Source: Camelus ferus (lineage: Eukaryota). From it: a DNA stretch of 64,000 bases. A program made the position numbers and the translations under genes. Shown here piece after piece: positions 12,760-27,465 of this stretch. The notes beneath the pieces were generated by a model. The model did not search any database. It was not told the origin of the DNA and worked only from the letters and a program-made list of their open reading frames with translations. Where the stretch lies: assembly GCF_009834535.1 (NCBI RefSeq), contig NC_045696.1, forward strand, positions 60,638,001 to 60,702,000. Reading direction: 5' to 3'. The first letter of the stretch is position 1; each line of letters opens with the position of its first letter.

Positions 12760-13113
12760 TGGAATGCTTGCTTTTGGATGCTCCTTCCCTCTTAGGAAGC
12801 CAGTTGTCAGATGGGAGAAGCTCCAGTCATGTGGGAAGGTGCATGTAGTCCTTCTGAATTACAGCGTCAGCTGAGCTCCTAGTCAGCAGGCAGACCTACT
12901 GCCTCCCATGTGCGAGCTGCCTTGGGTATCCAGCTGGCTCAAGCCCTTAGATGACTGATACCCCAAACAAGGTCTAACCACAACCACAAGATGCCATGTG
13001 AGAATCACCTGGCTGAGCCAAGTCAATCCACAGAACTGTAAAAGTAATAATAAATTGCTGTTTTAAGCACTAAGTTTTAGAGAGGTTTATTCCCAACAGG
13101 AGATAACCAGGAC
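12760..13113 (+). mobile_element. MaLR LTR (MLT1H/G-like)
   Basis: ctgagccaagtcaatccacagaactgt...aataaattgctgttttaagc...taagtttt...agataaccaggac 3' end. Confidence 0.75.
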
Positions 13114-13339
13114 TCATTCAAAGTTATCTTAGATGCCCCCTCTATTTCAGGCTGGTTACTTCTTAAAGTCTGTCAATTCTGAATGCCTAACTGGTCTCCC
13201 AACTTCTAATATCCCCTCACTCCTCTGCCCCCAATCTAATCTTCACCTGCCATAAGACTGATCTTTTTTAAAGTACAGATTTAAAATCTATCACCTCCAG
13301 ATACAATACCACTCATGTTATATTCCTGTAAATACTGTA

Positions 13340-13905
13340 CAGCTTGAATCTAAAACAAACAAAAAACAAATGCAAATTGAGATGCATTCAATAAAACTGG
13401 CCTGTATTCTTCAAAAATGTCAATGTCATAAATGACAAAGAAAGGCTGAAGAAATACTGTGGATTATAGGAGACTAAAGGGATATAACAATAAAATGAAA
13501 TGCAAGATGCTAGGTCAGGAGAAAAACATTGCTAATTAGTGGGCCAATTGACAAAAATTTAATATGAATTATATATTAGATAATAGTATTATACCAATGC
13601 TACACTTCCTGAATTTGACAACTATTCTGTGATTATGTGAGAGAATTCCTTGTTCTTGGGAAATTCTGACTAGAGTATTTTGGGGTAAAGTGTCATGATG
13701 TCTTTAACTGTCAAATGTTTCAGGAATAACAGTAACAACAATGACAATAAAGTATGTGTGTATAGAGAGAAAGATAGATTTTGATAAAACTAATGTAGCA
13801 ATATATTACCAACTGGTAAATCTAGGCAAAAGAGACATGAGAGTTTTTACAACTCTTCTGTGGGTTTGAAATGATTGCAAAAGAAAAGATGAAAATAGAA
13901 AAAGA
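13340..13905 (+). mobile_element. Old L1MC-type 3' end
   Basis: aaaactggcctgtattcttcaaaaatgtcaatgtcat...aggagactaaagggatataacaa. Confidence 0.65.
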
Positions 13906-14199
13906 AAAGCAAAAGAAATAAAATATATCATTAAATGTTTGAAAGCTTAATTGGCTCCCCATTGCCTTCAGAATAGAGATCAAATTCATCAACAAAAAAA
14001 TGTCACTAAACATAATATGATGGGAATGTTAAGCCTGTCATGGAAGGACACCTGAAGCCCTATCCTTTCAAGTCCCTCCAACTCTTAAAATAGATTCTAT
14101 ACCAGGAAAATTGTGTATATAAAGTAGTTACATAAATGAAAACATTTTTATATAGAAGGGCTGTGAAAACTACATAGGGAGAAGAAAGGCACCATAGAA

Positions 14200-15970
<1,771 letters not shown>

Positions 15971-16494
15971 ATACAAGTGGAATTCTCAATGTAGTAAACA
16001 TGCAGAGAGCACACAATAGCTGTTTTCAAACCTCTGAAGGTTATCCTAGAGGAGAAAGGGGGTATCAATCTTATGAAAATCCAAAAATATCAACTCAAGG
16101 GTTCATATCGAAGAAGTTAACCAGTAGCAGATCCAAAGATCACTAAGAATAGCTACAATTTGATAAGGTGGACTAGACTATATCTTCAAGAAGAAAGAAA
16201 CTCACACTTAACTATATTTCCCAAGAAAAATATGCAGTATTTACAGATCACATACTACTTACATAGCACTGCATAGATGTAATGGAAGGCCCAAAACAGT
16301 ACAGGTCTGTCAAAAGCTTACAGCCACATTGAGGGAAATAAGACAAACAATCAAGATAATAAGTCTGTGTATATTAAAAATGCTTTTATAGATGAGTTCT
16401 GTTGGAGTCAAGTAACACACATACACGTTTACATTCGCGCGCGCACACACACAGATACTCTAAGAGTGAAGTTTTAGGGACCAGAAATAATAAA

Positions 16495-17765
16495 GTCAAT
16501 TAATCTACTACAACAGAGGCAAGAATATACAATGGAGAAAAGACAGTCTCTTCACCAAGTGGTGTGGGGAAAACTGGACAGCCACATGTCAAACAGTGAG
16601 ATTAGAACATTCCCTCACACCATATACAAAAATAAACTCAAAATGGTTTAAAGACTTATATGTAAGACTTAAAACCGTACAACTCCTGGAAGAGAACATA
16701 GAAGAAACACTCTTTGACATAAATCACTGTAATATTTTATTGGGTAAGTCTCCTAAGCAAAAGAAATAAAAGTAAAAATAAATGAATGGGACTTAATTAA
16801 ATTTAAAAGCTTTTGCACAGCAAAGGAAACCATCAACCAAATGAAAAGACAACCTACAGAATGCGAGAAAACATTTGCAAATGATATGACCAACAAGCGG
16901 TTAATATCTGGAATATACAAACAGCTCGTATAATCCAATATAAGAAAAACAAACCACCCAATCAAAAAATGGGCAGAAGATCTGAATGGACATTTTTCCA
17001 AAGAAGACATACAGATGGCTAACAGGCACATGAAAACATGCTCAACATCACCAACCATTAGAATAGTGCAAATCAAAACCACAATGATCACTATCTTGTA
17101 GTAACCTATAATGAAAAAGAACATAAAAACGAATATACGTATGTATATGTATGACTGAAACATTATGCTGTACACTAGAAATTGACATCACACTGGAAAC
17201 TGACTATACTTCAATTAAAACAAAACAAAAAACAATAACAACAACAAAAACCTACAGTGAGATGTCACTTCACACTTGTCAGAATGGCTATCATCAAAAA
17301 GTCTACAAATAAATGTTTGCAAGGATGTGGAGAAAAGGCAACATTTGTATACTGTTGGTGGGAATGTAAACTGGTACAGCCACTATGAAAAATAGTATGG
17401 AGCTTCCTCAGAAAACTAAAAATAGAACTACCATATGATCTAGCAACTCCATTCCTGGGTATATACCCAGAAAAAATGAAAACACTAATTCAAAAGGATA
17501 CATGCACTCCAATATTCATAGCAGAACTACTTACAATAGTCAAGACATGGAAGCAACCTAAATGTCCATCAACAGATGATCTGATTAAGAAGATGTGTTA
17601 TATATAGATAAGCAACAAAAATACACTGTATAGCACAGGGAATTATTGCTATTACCTTGTAATAACCTATAATGGAACATACTCTGCAAAAATACTGAAT
17701 CACTGTGCCACACACCTGAAACACAATATTGTAAATAAACTACTCCTCAATTCTGAAAAAAAGAA
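16495..17765 (+). mobile_element. 5'-truncated L1 (ORF2 3' end + 3' UTR) with a second L1 3' end nested at ~17088-17246
   Basis: ORF2 motifs aaagacagtctcttcaccaagtggtg, aaaagcttttgcacagcaaaggaaac, acatggaagcaacctaaatgtcc; antisense ORF 16753-17175 is typical reverse L1 text. Confidence 0.9.
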
Positions 17766-18215
17766 ATTCATCAATATCATCAACAATAAAAAGTGCTGGA
17801 TTTGGAAAATTTATCACTGTAGTTGTTTTCCCCTAAGCATTTTACTCAATTACGTACTTTAAAGTAATGCTTTTACCAATGCAGGAATGTTACGGGGATA
17901 TAGATTTCAACTCTAATTTCATATAAATAAGGGGAGTCTGGAAATGGAAAGGGTTGCCTCACGCATGGTGAGTTCTGTATCAATAGTGTACCAACACATT
18001 GAACAAATCAGTTATCAGGCATGTTGCACAGGGACTTATGCACCTAGCAAATGTTAGACTCGTAAAGCCCCTTCTAATGATAAAGTTTGAATCCTGTGAT
18101 CAGTATGGTGAAAAGAGTAGGTAGACACACAGATAACAAAGTGTGAACCATAATAACACCTCCTCTTAGGGTAAAAGGTGACTGACAATCTCTAGTGGTT
18201 CTGTTTGGGTGATTA

Positions 18216-18256
18216 GTTTTATTCTGTTTTGTTTTGTTTTGTTTTGTTTTGTTTTT
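18216..18256. repeat. (GTTTT)n microsatellite
   Basis: Seen directly. Confidence 0.85.
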
Positions 18257-19255
18257 AATTCTCTGCTTCAGTGTCTCGAAATCCATATTTTTAAAGGCCC
18301 ATTCAATGCCTTGGAGCCAATAAATCTTTCTTTCCACTTCTAAGATTACTGAGTACCAGTGGTCTGGTGAAGAAGTAAAATAGCCATTGCAATTAGAAGC
18401 CTCATACATGACTGAAGGCAGCGCATTTTGGTATAAACATGTAAGAAAAATGTTTGGCAATAATAAAGTTAAATTCTCATTCCCTACAACCTAGCAATTC
18501 CACCCCTAGGTATCTACCCAACAGAAGTTCATACATATAGTCACCAAAAGTATACAAGTTGATTTGGAGCCATTTCAAATAGTGCCATTTGAAATGACTC
18601 CAAATCAACTTGTATACTTTTGTGTGTATGTTATTCTTCAATAAAAACTTTGTAGGAAAAGAAAACTTATCCCTACTTCAAGACAGACAGAATAGACATC
18701 AAAGGCTTAAGGAAAGAGCCAGTATCACTTTGAGGATCCTATTAGAAAATGTTTCTTCATGTAGGTGGGTGATCTGGACAAGTGCTGAAGAGACCAACAA
18801 GCCACTAAAGGGGTATTATAATAACTAGCCAGTTCCTAGATGGAATTAGCACAAGGCCATCATCCAATATTGGTGCCTAAACACACTGGCCCCCATCATT
18901 GTGCTTCCTGAATTATTTCTTACAATTAGATGTATTTTCACCCTAACCTGTAGCAATACTACCTCCCCTGAGGTCTGGATCCAAGTCTGTATTCCTTTAA
19001 AGGCAGAAATTGGGCCAGAAACCACATATTCATTTATTGTAAGTTCTAGTTTACAAGAGTAGATAGATGTCACTATTTTTAAAACCAGATCATGATTTCC
19101 AGGATGCCTTCAAAGATCAAATATGTTAAACAAAAAGTAAACATGAGTAAAAATCCAACCCCCTTTCACATAAAACTAAGCAGAAAAAGGGTAAGGAGTT
19201 ATAATATAAGATCAAACTGACAGAATTTAAGAACCAGGTATCAAAATATTCTTAC

Positions 19256-19442
19256 CGGTGCAGTTTGCCACCATAAAAAGGCTTAGTATGAAAAGTGATG
19301 CTGGCTGAATACCCAGTTTTTGCACAGTTGACACTGACTTTGCCACCTAGTTCTACCCAAGGAACAGTTAAAATTGACCGGGCATATGCACAAGGTAGAG
19401 AAAATGTATACTCTTCTCCATGCTCCAGTAGACTGAGGATAC
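19256..19442 (-). CDS. OSBPL11: OSBPL11 exon 10 ([12 protein letters not shown]...[10 protein letters not shown])
   Basis: ORF 19252-19473; ttcAG|GTATCC...CACCG|GTAAG; 187 nt. Confidence 0.96.
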
Positions 19443-19485
19443 CTGAATGTGAAAACACGAAAGTGGTTAACATTTTTAAAAAAGG

Positions 19486-19498
19486 GAGAGAGAGAGAG

Positions 19499-19558
<60 letters not shown>
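19486..19558. repeat. (AG)n microsatellite with one interruption
   Basis: Seen directly; source of the spurious RERE/SLSL ORFs. Confidence 0.97.
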
Positions 19559-19559
<1 letters not shown>

Positions 19560-21582
19560 CAGCTATGAAAAATCTGTATTAGATTTTCTCCTGCCTGGTA
19601 AATAAACGTCATAATTTTGCTTAAATTTTCTTTTGGTTTTGGATGAAATTGGCTTCAAGGTTACTTTCATTATGATCTTACTATCCCTTTGGAGATCATG
19701 GGACCAGAAAATGTTACAGTGGAAGCAGTTTAAGAGTTCCCTCTAATGCTCCTAAAAACAAAATAAAACCTTGAGATAGAATTTAGGTCCATGCTATACT
19801 GTATTATCGTAAGACCTGATCATTAGTTAGTACTAGTAAGTTTTTAAGCAGTTTTTGGAATAACTAAATACCTAATTTATAGAGTCATAGACCTAATCTC
19901 AAATGGTTTGATGGGGGAGAAGGGAGAAGTGCTCTTCATTCTATTTTATGCATATTAAAACATAAACCAAAGGCATAATAATTTTGCTTGCCACACTCTG
20001 AAATATGTAAGGTGAAGCTACGAGAGAGAAGTGGTAGTTTTCAAATATTATTCTAATGGGGCTCGTTCCATAAACAACATGTAAAAAAGGGAATTACATT
20101 AATGAATAATCAATCTATTCTAGATAATTAAGGGACACTAAGGAGACTGAGCTATATTACTAACCTAAACTCATTACCTAGTTTACCATAAAAACAAATA
20201 CTGAACTGGATACGTGCTACTAGTCTGGATACTTGCGGTATCTCTCTCCTAACGGATGCTCATTAAGAATTATGCTGGGTTTTTTTGGGTGGCGGCTAAA
20301 TTTTAGTTTTGTAACACTTATGAAGACAGTGTATGATAAACAATTTAATAGAATAAACATGATTTCACATATGCTCCTGGTAAACACACACTTTTTTCCT
20401 TTATAAAATAGCTTTCTTAATTATGAAATACTTCAGACAGAAACTAGAGGGCAAAACATCTGTGCATTTAAGATCTAGATTTAACAAATGTTAATGTTTG
20501 CCTTGTTGACATCAGATATTTTTTAAAAAACAGATACAGTTAAAGCCCCTTTTTGTGTTTCCCTGCACTCATTCTCCCAACTCCCTTGCTCCATAGAACT
20601 GGCACTCTCAAGTTGGTAAGTATCTTTCTCATCCAGACTTCTGGTTCTTAGGAAGTTTCTATGTCATCATAAAAAAGACATTTTTGTTCGACGTACTTGG
20701 AACTTTGTATAAATGGTATTAACTGCACCTATCATTTTGCAGCTTGATTTTGTCACTCAACACTGCTCTTGAGATTTATTCATGAGGATATATATATGGC
20801 TCTTGAAGAACAATGTTCTTAATATTCTCAAATCAGGGCAAAAATTATGATAAATATTTTAATATAGTCAATCTTTAGGATAAACAAATGGACAAACTGA
20901 GATTCTAAAGCAGGCTACTTTGCATAAAGCAACACCAACTATTTTTTGTACTGTCTTTAACAGTTTTCACAAAGGGCAACAATAAATCAAGAATTATTGA
21001 GCCCTTTGAAAAGGAACAGGGTTCTGGCACTAATATGCTTATATATAATGGGAGTTGTCAGAATACCTACAGATAACACACTTGGTTATATTTCAAGTAT
21101 TTAATAATAACTGTTGATTAATTCTAAGTTGGAAAGAATATCATGTAATTTTCTAAAAACATGTGATCTTATAAACTGGATTTATGATCTTTAATTTCTA
21201 AGAATATATTTAACATATATTTAACTTACACTATGGAATTTAAGATCTAAGAAATATAGAACCAGTTCCTAATGAATGGGAAAAAAAGACTAGTTAGGAT
21301 AACTGAAATTCAAAGAATTCTAAAATCCCATTTATCTAATAATTAAACAGAATTTTCCCCCATAAAAACATGGCTGCTAACAGAAGCAAAGTAAAGTGTC
21401 AGAAGTTCCATTCCCTGATTTAATTTCTGTTGAGGGTGCCAATAGCAGTTTAATTTTTAAAAGGAAAACCCATGAGTACATAATTAACACTTAAATAATC
21501 AAATTAACTATCGTATACCTCTTTCACAACTATGGTTAAGATATAAATGCTTTCCCTCATTTCTTGAGGTATTTCCTTTCTT

Positions 21583-21723
21583 CTTTTTAAATTAATTTTT
21601 TGAAGGGTAATTAGGTTTGTTTGTTTGTTTGTTTGTTTTATTTAATGGAGGTACTGGGGATTGAACCCAAGACCTCGTGCATAGTAAGCACACACTCTAC
21701 CACTGAGCTGTAACACCCACAAA
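21583..21723 (-). mobile_element. tRNA-derived SINE (Vic-1-like)
   Basis: gaggtactggggattgaacccaagacctc...ctctaccactgagct; perfect 14-bp TSD gtatttcctttctt at 21569-21582 and 21724-21737. Confidence 0.9.
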
Positions 21724-21852
21724 GTATTTCCTTTCTTGGATTGGGAGAAGCTACCATTACCAGATACTTTCCGTTTCATGAACTGATGATAAGAGTAACT
21801 GTCCTCGGTGAGTGTGTCAAAGAATGAGGGTCTAAATCTGACAATGCCTTAA

Positions 21853-21998
21853 TTTTTTCTCTTTTTTCTTCTTTTCTCTTTTCTTTCTTTTTTCTTTCTT
21901 TCTTTCCTTTCTTTCTTTCTTTTCTTCCTTCCTTCCTTACTTCCCTCCCTCCCTTCCTTCCTTCTTTCCTTCTTCCTTCCTTCCTTCCTTTCTTTCTA
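21853..21998. repeat. Polypyrimidine (CTTT)n/(CCTT)n compound microsatellite
   Basis: ~145 nt almost purely C/T on + strand. Confidence 0.95.
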
Positions 21999-22896
21999 TA
22001 TGCTTTAACTTTTATGATCCTGAACATATCCTATCACCTCTAGACTTCAGATTCTTCATCTCTAAAATTAGTAAACTGATTTCGAAGAGCCTACAGCTAA
22101 TTTTATAGAGCTTATAACTGGAGGTAGCAAACTTTTATTAATAAAATATTTTCTAGCGTTACAAAAGTTTTAATTAGTTTGAAACATTATCTGGAAATTG
22201 GTAAGACATATTGCAACAGATGTTAAAAATGAAGAAAGCTGAAAAGGGGGCTAAAATATTTTCTTCACATTTAAAATAATACAGTATCAAAATGTTAGTC
22301 ACAGACTTAATTACACCATGCTTACACTGTAAGTTTATGTTGAGAACAAATTATTCTATGCACAAGAGTGTTCCTTTAACATTAAAACGGCAGTTTTTTT
22401 CTGCCATTATATTTTCATTAACTCTGCAATGATTTCTGTAGAGATTTTTCGTTGTTGTTGTTAGTTTTTTGTATTTTTAGCCAAAAAACACTATATTTCC
22501 TTACATTGTTTTTCATAATCACTTGCTGAAGTAGAATGAAAAGTTTGACAATATGTTTTAAAATATTCTATGAATATCTCCTATGAAATACAAGATGTAG
22601 ATATAAATTTACCTAGAAGATATTTCTTGAGCACTTTTTATAACTTTTATAATAGTTTTTATAGTAATTTTCCAAATTTTCTACAATAAAAATAATTCAC
22701 ATTTAAAACCAGAAAAAATAATGTAAAAAAAATTTATTTGTTGATAGATATGCCCCTCCCCTTCCACCAGCATTCTGGAACTTACTAGGAACTGGGAAAA
22801 AAAAGTAGTACATATAACAGTTCAAATTTATAATCAATATTTATATTTAAGATTATAGTTTGATATTAAAAATTGGAAAGTAATTTTTCTACTTAC

Positions 22897-23395
22897 CTTC
22901 TCCAATCATCGTCACGCCTATCGACATGCCTAAGAATTTACTCTTAGTCCACACGTGCGCATTTACACACATCTTCCTTTCTGCACATTCTGCATAAAAT
23001 CCGGAGACTGGAGGATGATGGGAAACCTGCTCAGCAACAAATCTGACTGTATAACAGTCTGATCCAACTTGGCTCAAAGCCTCCTCTGATGGAGGAGCAT
23101 GATTTGCAACAGCCTGGGTGGAAGAGCTGCTAATACCACTGGATGCTACCTCGCTTTTTGGCATCCTCCAGGAACAGTGAAATGTTTCTCCAATGATAGG
23201 ATTGTACGGTTTCTTAGCAATGGCTCCCTTACGGCCTTCATGAAATGAGGTAAGGTAGTACTCAACAAAACGAATCATTCTGTCCTCAGCTGTAGCTCCA
23301 TTAGTGATGGCTATAAATAGGTCTGGATGAGACATAAAGTCTGCATACATTTCCAGCAAGGAACGCTTCTCTAGGATAAATGTAGGAAGCACCAC
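22897..23395 (-). CDS. OSBPL11: OSBPL11 exon 9 ([12 protein letters not shown]...EQVSHHPP...GVTMIGE)
   Basis: ORF 22889-23395; tttAG|GTGGTG...GAAG|GTAAGT; 499 nt; KKPYNP motif and OSBP signature EQVSHHPP at 23009-23032. Confidence 0.98.
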
Positions 23396-24469
23396 CTAAA
23401 ACAACAACAACAGTAACAAGTCAACCAAACAGGGCAATACAAAAAAATTATTAATATCTTCAGAGAACTGAGAAGATAATATACATTAAACAAGAAAGTT
23501 TTTTAAAAAGAAAATTCAGAAATATTTAAAGCATGATAGCCAAAACTAAAACTTAAGAGAAGGGTTAGAGGATAAAGGTGAGGACCTTCCTGGTCTGGTC
23601 CTCTATTCTTCTGTGAGATTTCTGTTTCCAAGTCTGTTTCTTTAGTTTGGTCTTTCTATTTCTAATGAAACGTCTTCTCAGAGACCTGGTATATCTGTAG
23701 ACAACTATTCTTATCTCTGAAAACATTTCCTTCTAGATGGGCATTAGAGTCACAAAATAAAAGTGCTTTGTCTCATTAAAAAAATAAGGAAATGAAAGCC
23801 TTTTCAAACAGTTAAGATTAAACCCCAGTTCAGAACTTCAACAGGGTCAGGTAAAAGGAGAAAAAAATCCTCAAATTCTTAGATTGGATAAAAGTATCAA
23901 AAGGGAAATGGTGGTAAAGTTTAAAGTAAAAGTTAGCCAGGCTTTTTTTTTCTCCCTTTCCTACTTTAAAAATAAATTGTGGATGACTGATTGAGATAGG
24001 AGATATGAGAAAAGGCAATACATGCCACTCCTTGAGAATAGACTAAAGAGATCATTGACCAAAGCAAAACTGTAATTTGTATTTAATTTTAAGCACAAGA
24101 GAACTATTTCCAAGAAGAGAGCTTTTGATACTTAAAGTCCGCTAAGTATAACAAAGACTAAACATTTAAAGCAGAAAATGGGGAGGTACTGCAAACTGAT
24201 TCAACTCTTTGAGAAAACAATCTGGCAATATCTTTCAAAAGCTTGAAGATGTTCATATCCATTTAGCCTAGTAACTATTCTTCCAGGAATCTAGTCTTAG
24301 AAAATAATACAAATGAAAGAAAAGAAATATGCAAATAAAGTTAAAACAGTGTATGTTTTTAACTGTGGTTCTAGTTAACTTAAATACAGAAATTTCTCTT
24401 AATGGACTATTATAGTTATTTAAAAAGATGATTATGAAGATGATACAAGTAGTGCAAAAGACACTGATG

Positions 24470-26160
24470 TTTCAGTTTCAGATGATATACTGACCCCATA
24501 CATCTTAATTTCACTTTCTATTGAAATTCTATTAAAATTTTATTAAATAAATATAAAGGCTAACCTAGAGATATCAGGAAAGTAGACAAAAAGCAACAAA
24601 ATTTTGGGAGTTAAGTAGAAAGCTGACTGCTTAAGCAGTATTTTACTACGGATTCCTGAGAGGTTCAAGAACTGTCAGTACCAGGTACCACTGGATGGGG
24701 AGGGGGGGGGTCAGAATGCTAAAATAAAGATGACTGAATGAAATCTGTGTGCAAAGCAATTGATCCCTAAATCCCATTCCAATCTCCATACTGTTGGTAA
24801 CTGCCCTTCTTGCACTTCAGCCAAAGTCTAGAGGTTTAATTTCTGGAGAGTGAAACAAGGTGGCTTCTTCTCTAGACTAGGGAACATCAGGGACTTCTAA
24901 GAGTGGATACCATATGATAAAAGTATGAAGTAACCCTATATAAATTAAATGTTAACTACTAAGACCCTTTCCAACCCAGCCCTCTTTACTTCCCTAACTC
25001 CTAGTTGCTTTACCTACTAAGCAGGAAATTAGAAGAATTTTCTTCTGGGGAAATTTGACTAACTCTAGAGGAAAAACCTAGTGATACTAACACCAGGTTC
25101 CCAAACAAAACCAGATTACCCAACACTCAAAAGCAAATGAAAAGAACATCTGGACATGTTCAAAACTTAAAATCAGGTTTTTAGTTCCCCTACACTTAGT
25201 CATGAGCAGAAATCTAAGAAACACCAGATCTCTGAGAACATCTCTAATTAGGAATATAAAGACTCAAATAAAGAAATAGAGTTGAAAGAAACAGAAATCT
25301 CACAGGATGAACTAAAAAACAAAAGACTTAAAAATAGTATCTTCAGAGGATTGAGAAGATATTACATACATGAAACCCGAATGCTTATTGAAAAAGAAAA
25401 TTCAGAAAAATTTAAAACATGATAGCAAAAGTTAAAACTCAAGAGAAGGGTTAGAATATAAAGGTGAGGAAATCTCCCAAAACAGAGGAGAGAGAAAGAA
25501 AAGAGAAAAACAGAGGACCAGACCAGGAAGCCCAATAGCCATGTAGTAAGGATTTCAGAGAGAAGAGGAAAAAATGGAGATGAGAAAATCACAAATGAAA
25601 TAATTCAAGAAAACTTCAGAGAACGTAAAAATATAAGTTGTCATATTGAAAAAGCCCACCAAATGTCCAGAGACAATGGATATAAAGAATCCTATTCCAA
25701 GATATATCATTGTGAAATTTCAGACTTTTGGGGACAAAGATTCCAAACAATTTCAGAGAGAAAAACAAACAAAACATATCACAAACTAAAGGTCAGGAAC
25801 TAGGATGACTTTAGTCTTTTCATCAGAACCCTATAGCAAGAAGGCAATATTCTAAAAGAAATTTATTTACAAGATAAGTCTATCCATATTAGCAATCAAA
25901 CACGAAGACAAAATGAAGACATTTCAGATACACATTTTCACATTTTGCCTCCCACAAACCTTTCTTAGAACTTAAAGGAAGATTGGCTCCCCTAAAATGA
26001 GAGGCAACCAAAGAAGAAGAAAAGAGTTCAGAAAACTGACCTAGCACAAAAGAAAAGTGAAGAAAATCCCAGGAGAACAATGAAAGGACATCCCAGGAAG
26101 AAAGTTGTACAGTAGACACAGGGAAATTGGTCCAGATTAGAGTGATGTTATTCAAGAGAC
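24470..26160 (+). mobile_element. Ancient L1/HAL1-like 5' region with ORF1 remnant
   Basis: ORF1-like gaaataattcaagaaaacttc...attgaaaaagcccaccaaatgtcc...atatcattgtgaaatttcaga; A-rich; ends approximate. Confidence 0.6.
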
Positions 26161-27404
26161 AGACATATTGAAACTGTCATCCTTGGACTTCAAGCTGCCA
26201 TTGTATCACCTTTTTAAACCCGAGGACAGAATGCCCTAGTGAAACTCGTCCCAGTTGTATCTGTATGTGGCTTGTGTTGACCATCTGCTGATGAAGTGCC
26301 TACTTTCCTCTCCATGTCCTCCTGTCTGGATTGGCTAAAGACACTCATTTCACCCATAGACATGTTCTGGCTTCAACCTACTCCTCAGAGTTGGAGGTAG
26401 GTCCCAGTTTGCTTAAAAGCAGAAAATACTAAGACAGCTCACTCTCCCTGCCCACATTCCTAACGGATGTCCAGTACCTGGCTCATACCAAACTCTGTGA
26501 GCTGAATATTTCACAGGACTCACTCACAACTATAGGTTCTGATTTCTGAAAGGGCTCTTCTAAGCTTTCTCAATAATTTATAAGAAGCTGAAGCCAGAGA
26601 CTCTGTTTAGTTTCTCTTATCCTGAAAGCATTCTTCTATGAATGGTAATATAGCCCTTTCCTTATATAGCTACGCTTGTACTGGCTATTCACTTTCTTCT
26701 AAACTAAGTAACATTGTTATGGGGTACATATGTAAGTGGCAAAACTATCAAGAAAAGTAGGGGGATGATTAACACGAAAGACAAGTAGGTGGTTACATGT
26801 GGGAAAAAGTAGAAGACTACAGCTGGAAGGGGCACTCAGAGAGCTTCCAAGATCTGGCAATGTCCTGTAACTTAATCTGAGAGGTGGGTACACAGGTATT
26901 TGTTTTACCATTGTTCTCTGAACTGTTTGTATGCATTCTATTCAGTCTTTTGTGTGTGTATTTCACCAAAAAAAGGATATTAACTGAAAAAAAGGAAATA
27001 TAACAAGATTGAACATAAAGTATAATTATAAAGAAAAATTGGAATGCAATCTCAAAAAGTGAAGGTTGTGTTGTTAGGGTGGTGAATTACAGATTTTTTT
27101 CCTTTTACTTTTCCAAAACTGTCTCTGAAGTGTTTAATTATATTAAATTCATAATATTATTTTCAAAGAACAAAATAAGCTGTGGGGAAAATATATTTGA
27201 CTTATTTACAACACGCAGGCCAGGTCCGTGGTTATGGTCTTTGGTGCTGTAGTGTCTGGAATATGAGAGGCGCTTGATAAATATTTCGTGTATCAGTGTC
27301 ATTGTTAGATAGGACATGTATATGACTGCAGTTTGTCACCAGGTTCTTTAATGTTGCTCAAAAAGTACCATTCTTTCATTTATTTTATTTGATTTTTTAA
27401 TTGT

Positions 27405-27420
27405 TTTATTTATTTATTTA

Positions 27421-27459
<39 letters not shown>

Positions 27460-27465
27460 TTTTTT
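27405..27465. repeat. (TTTA)n(CTTA)n microsatellite
   Basis: Seen directly; flanked by agtaccattcttt on both sides (27364-27376, 27466-27478). Confidence 0.9.

Noticed and set aside
19283..19612. ORFs with RERERE / SLSLSL runs
   Set aside because: Translations of the (AG)n microsatellite plus off-frame or antisense exon 10.
21776..22027. Lys/Arg/Glu-rich 83-aa ORF
   Set aside because: Translation of the GAAA/GGAA microsatellite.
26165..26715. GC-richer block next to the L1/HAL1 remnant
   Set aside because: Probably an old LTR fragment, but I could not identify its family or boundaries.
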